Part shown: positions 63,863-64,000 of the stretch, piece after piece
Numbering within the stretch: position 1 is the stretch's first letter
Layout: every line of letters begins with the position of its first letter
Origin: Acidobacteriota bacterium
GTDB taxonomy: Bacteria; Acidobacteriota; Vicinamibacteria; Marinacidobacterales; Marinacidobacteraceae
Assembly (NCBI GenBank): GCA_022826825.1
Contig: JAJDUD010000027.1
Coordinates: 1,050-65,049 of the forward strand
Length of the DNA: 64,000 nucleotides
Reading direction: 5' to 3'
Position numbers and translations under genes: made by a program
The notes under the pieces: generated by a model
Database searches by the model: none
What the model was told of the DNA's origin: nothing
What the model saw: the letters and a program-made list of their open reading frames with translations, nothing else

Positions 63863-64000
63863 TCAGGACGTTCGACGCGATCCCGAGAGGGACAAGCTTC
63901 GGACCTTACGGAGTGGGAAGGCGGTAATTCGCTCGGTCAGCGGGTAGTCCAGCTCCCCCGGATAGACGACCCACAGATGCTCGAGCCCAAGATCATCGGC
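63863..64000 (-). CDS. C-terminal end of a second DUF4143-type AAA ATPase; the gene continues beyond the window
   Basis: The minus-strand translation ...ADDLGLEHLWVVYPGELDYPLTERITAFPLRKV...* matches the conserved DUF4143 C-terminal motif (wvvyPG...y.l...I..lPl). It is convergent with the NACHT gene. Confidence 0.45.
   Translation of the reverse strand, partial: ADDLGLEHLWVVYPGELDYPLTERITAFPLRKVRSLSLSGSRRTS

Noticed and set aside
1-64000. tRNA, rRNA, tmRNA and riboswitch scan by eye
   Set aside because: No cloverleaf-compatible GC-rich ~75-nt segments with conserved T-loop GTTCRANYC were recognised, and no rRNA-like conserved blocks. smpB is present but no adjacent ssrA-like sequence was seen. 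Confirmation would need tRNAscan-SE or Infernal, which I cannot run here.

Overview
This is a ~70% GC bacterial chromosomal window, with phylum unassigned. The core genes are the primase/sigma-70 operon (dnaG plus a partial rpoD on the minus strand), a LarB-like gene, a polysaccharide locus (GT87-like, GT2 and TPR proteins), a proline-racemase-family gene, an ornithine cyclodeaminase, a fused FAD/Fe-S dehydrogenase, a partial type II secretion operon (gspF, gspG and two pseudopilins), smpB, dsbA, a TonB-dependent receptor and two paralogous S9 peptidases. The accessory content is denser. (1) Four tandem paralogs of a secreted Big_2 + LVIVD beta-propeller protein sit with a YVTN beta-propeller gene. 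(2) Two families of MITE/REP-like elements with terminal inverted repeats are scattered through the intergenic regions. (3) There are several toxin-antitoxin modules: a RES-Xre pair, an AbiEi antitoxin with a truncated AbiEii toxin, and two HicB-like genes. Two of these sit in cassettes flanked by duplicated 3' ends of the neighbouring gene. (4) A defence island spans ~44.6-64 kb. It holds a complete DNA phosphorothioation cluster (dndA divergent from dndBCDE) with a co-transcribed HNH_2 nuclease and a dnd-associated SAM methyltransferase. Next to it is a markedly lower-GC four-gene operon (PLD-nuclease/SF2-helicase fusion, 87-aa protein, DndD-like SMC ATPase, 161-aa protein). Beyond that is an operon coupling a DUF4143 AAA ATPase to a 1337-aa NACHT NTPase that ends in a PD-(D/E)xK nuclease domain. 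The low-GC operon and the NACHT-nuclease pair are the best candidates for undescribed defence systems. I recognised no rRNA, tRNA or CRISPR arrays by eye.
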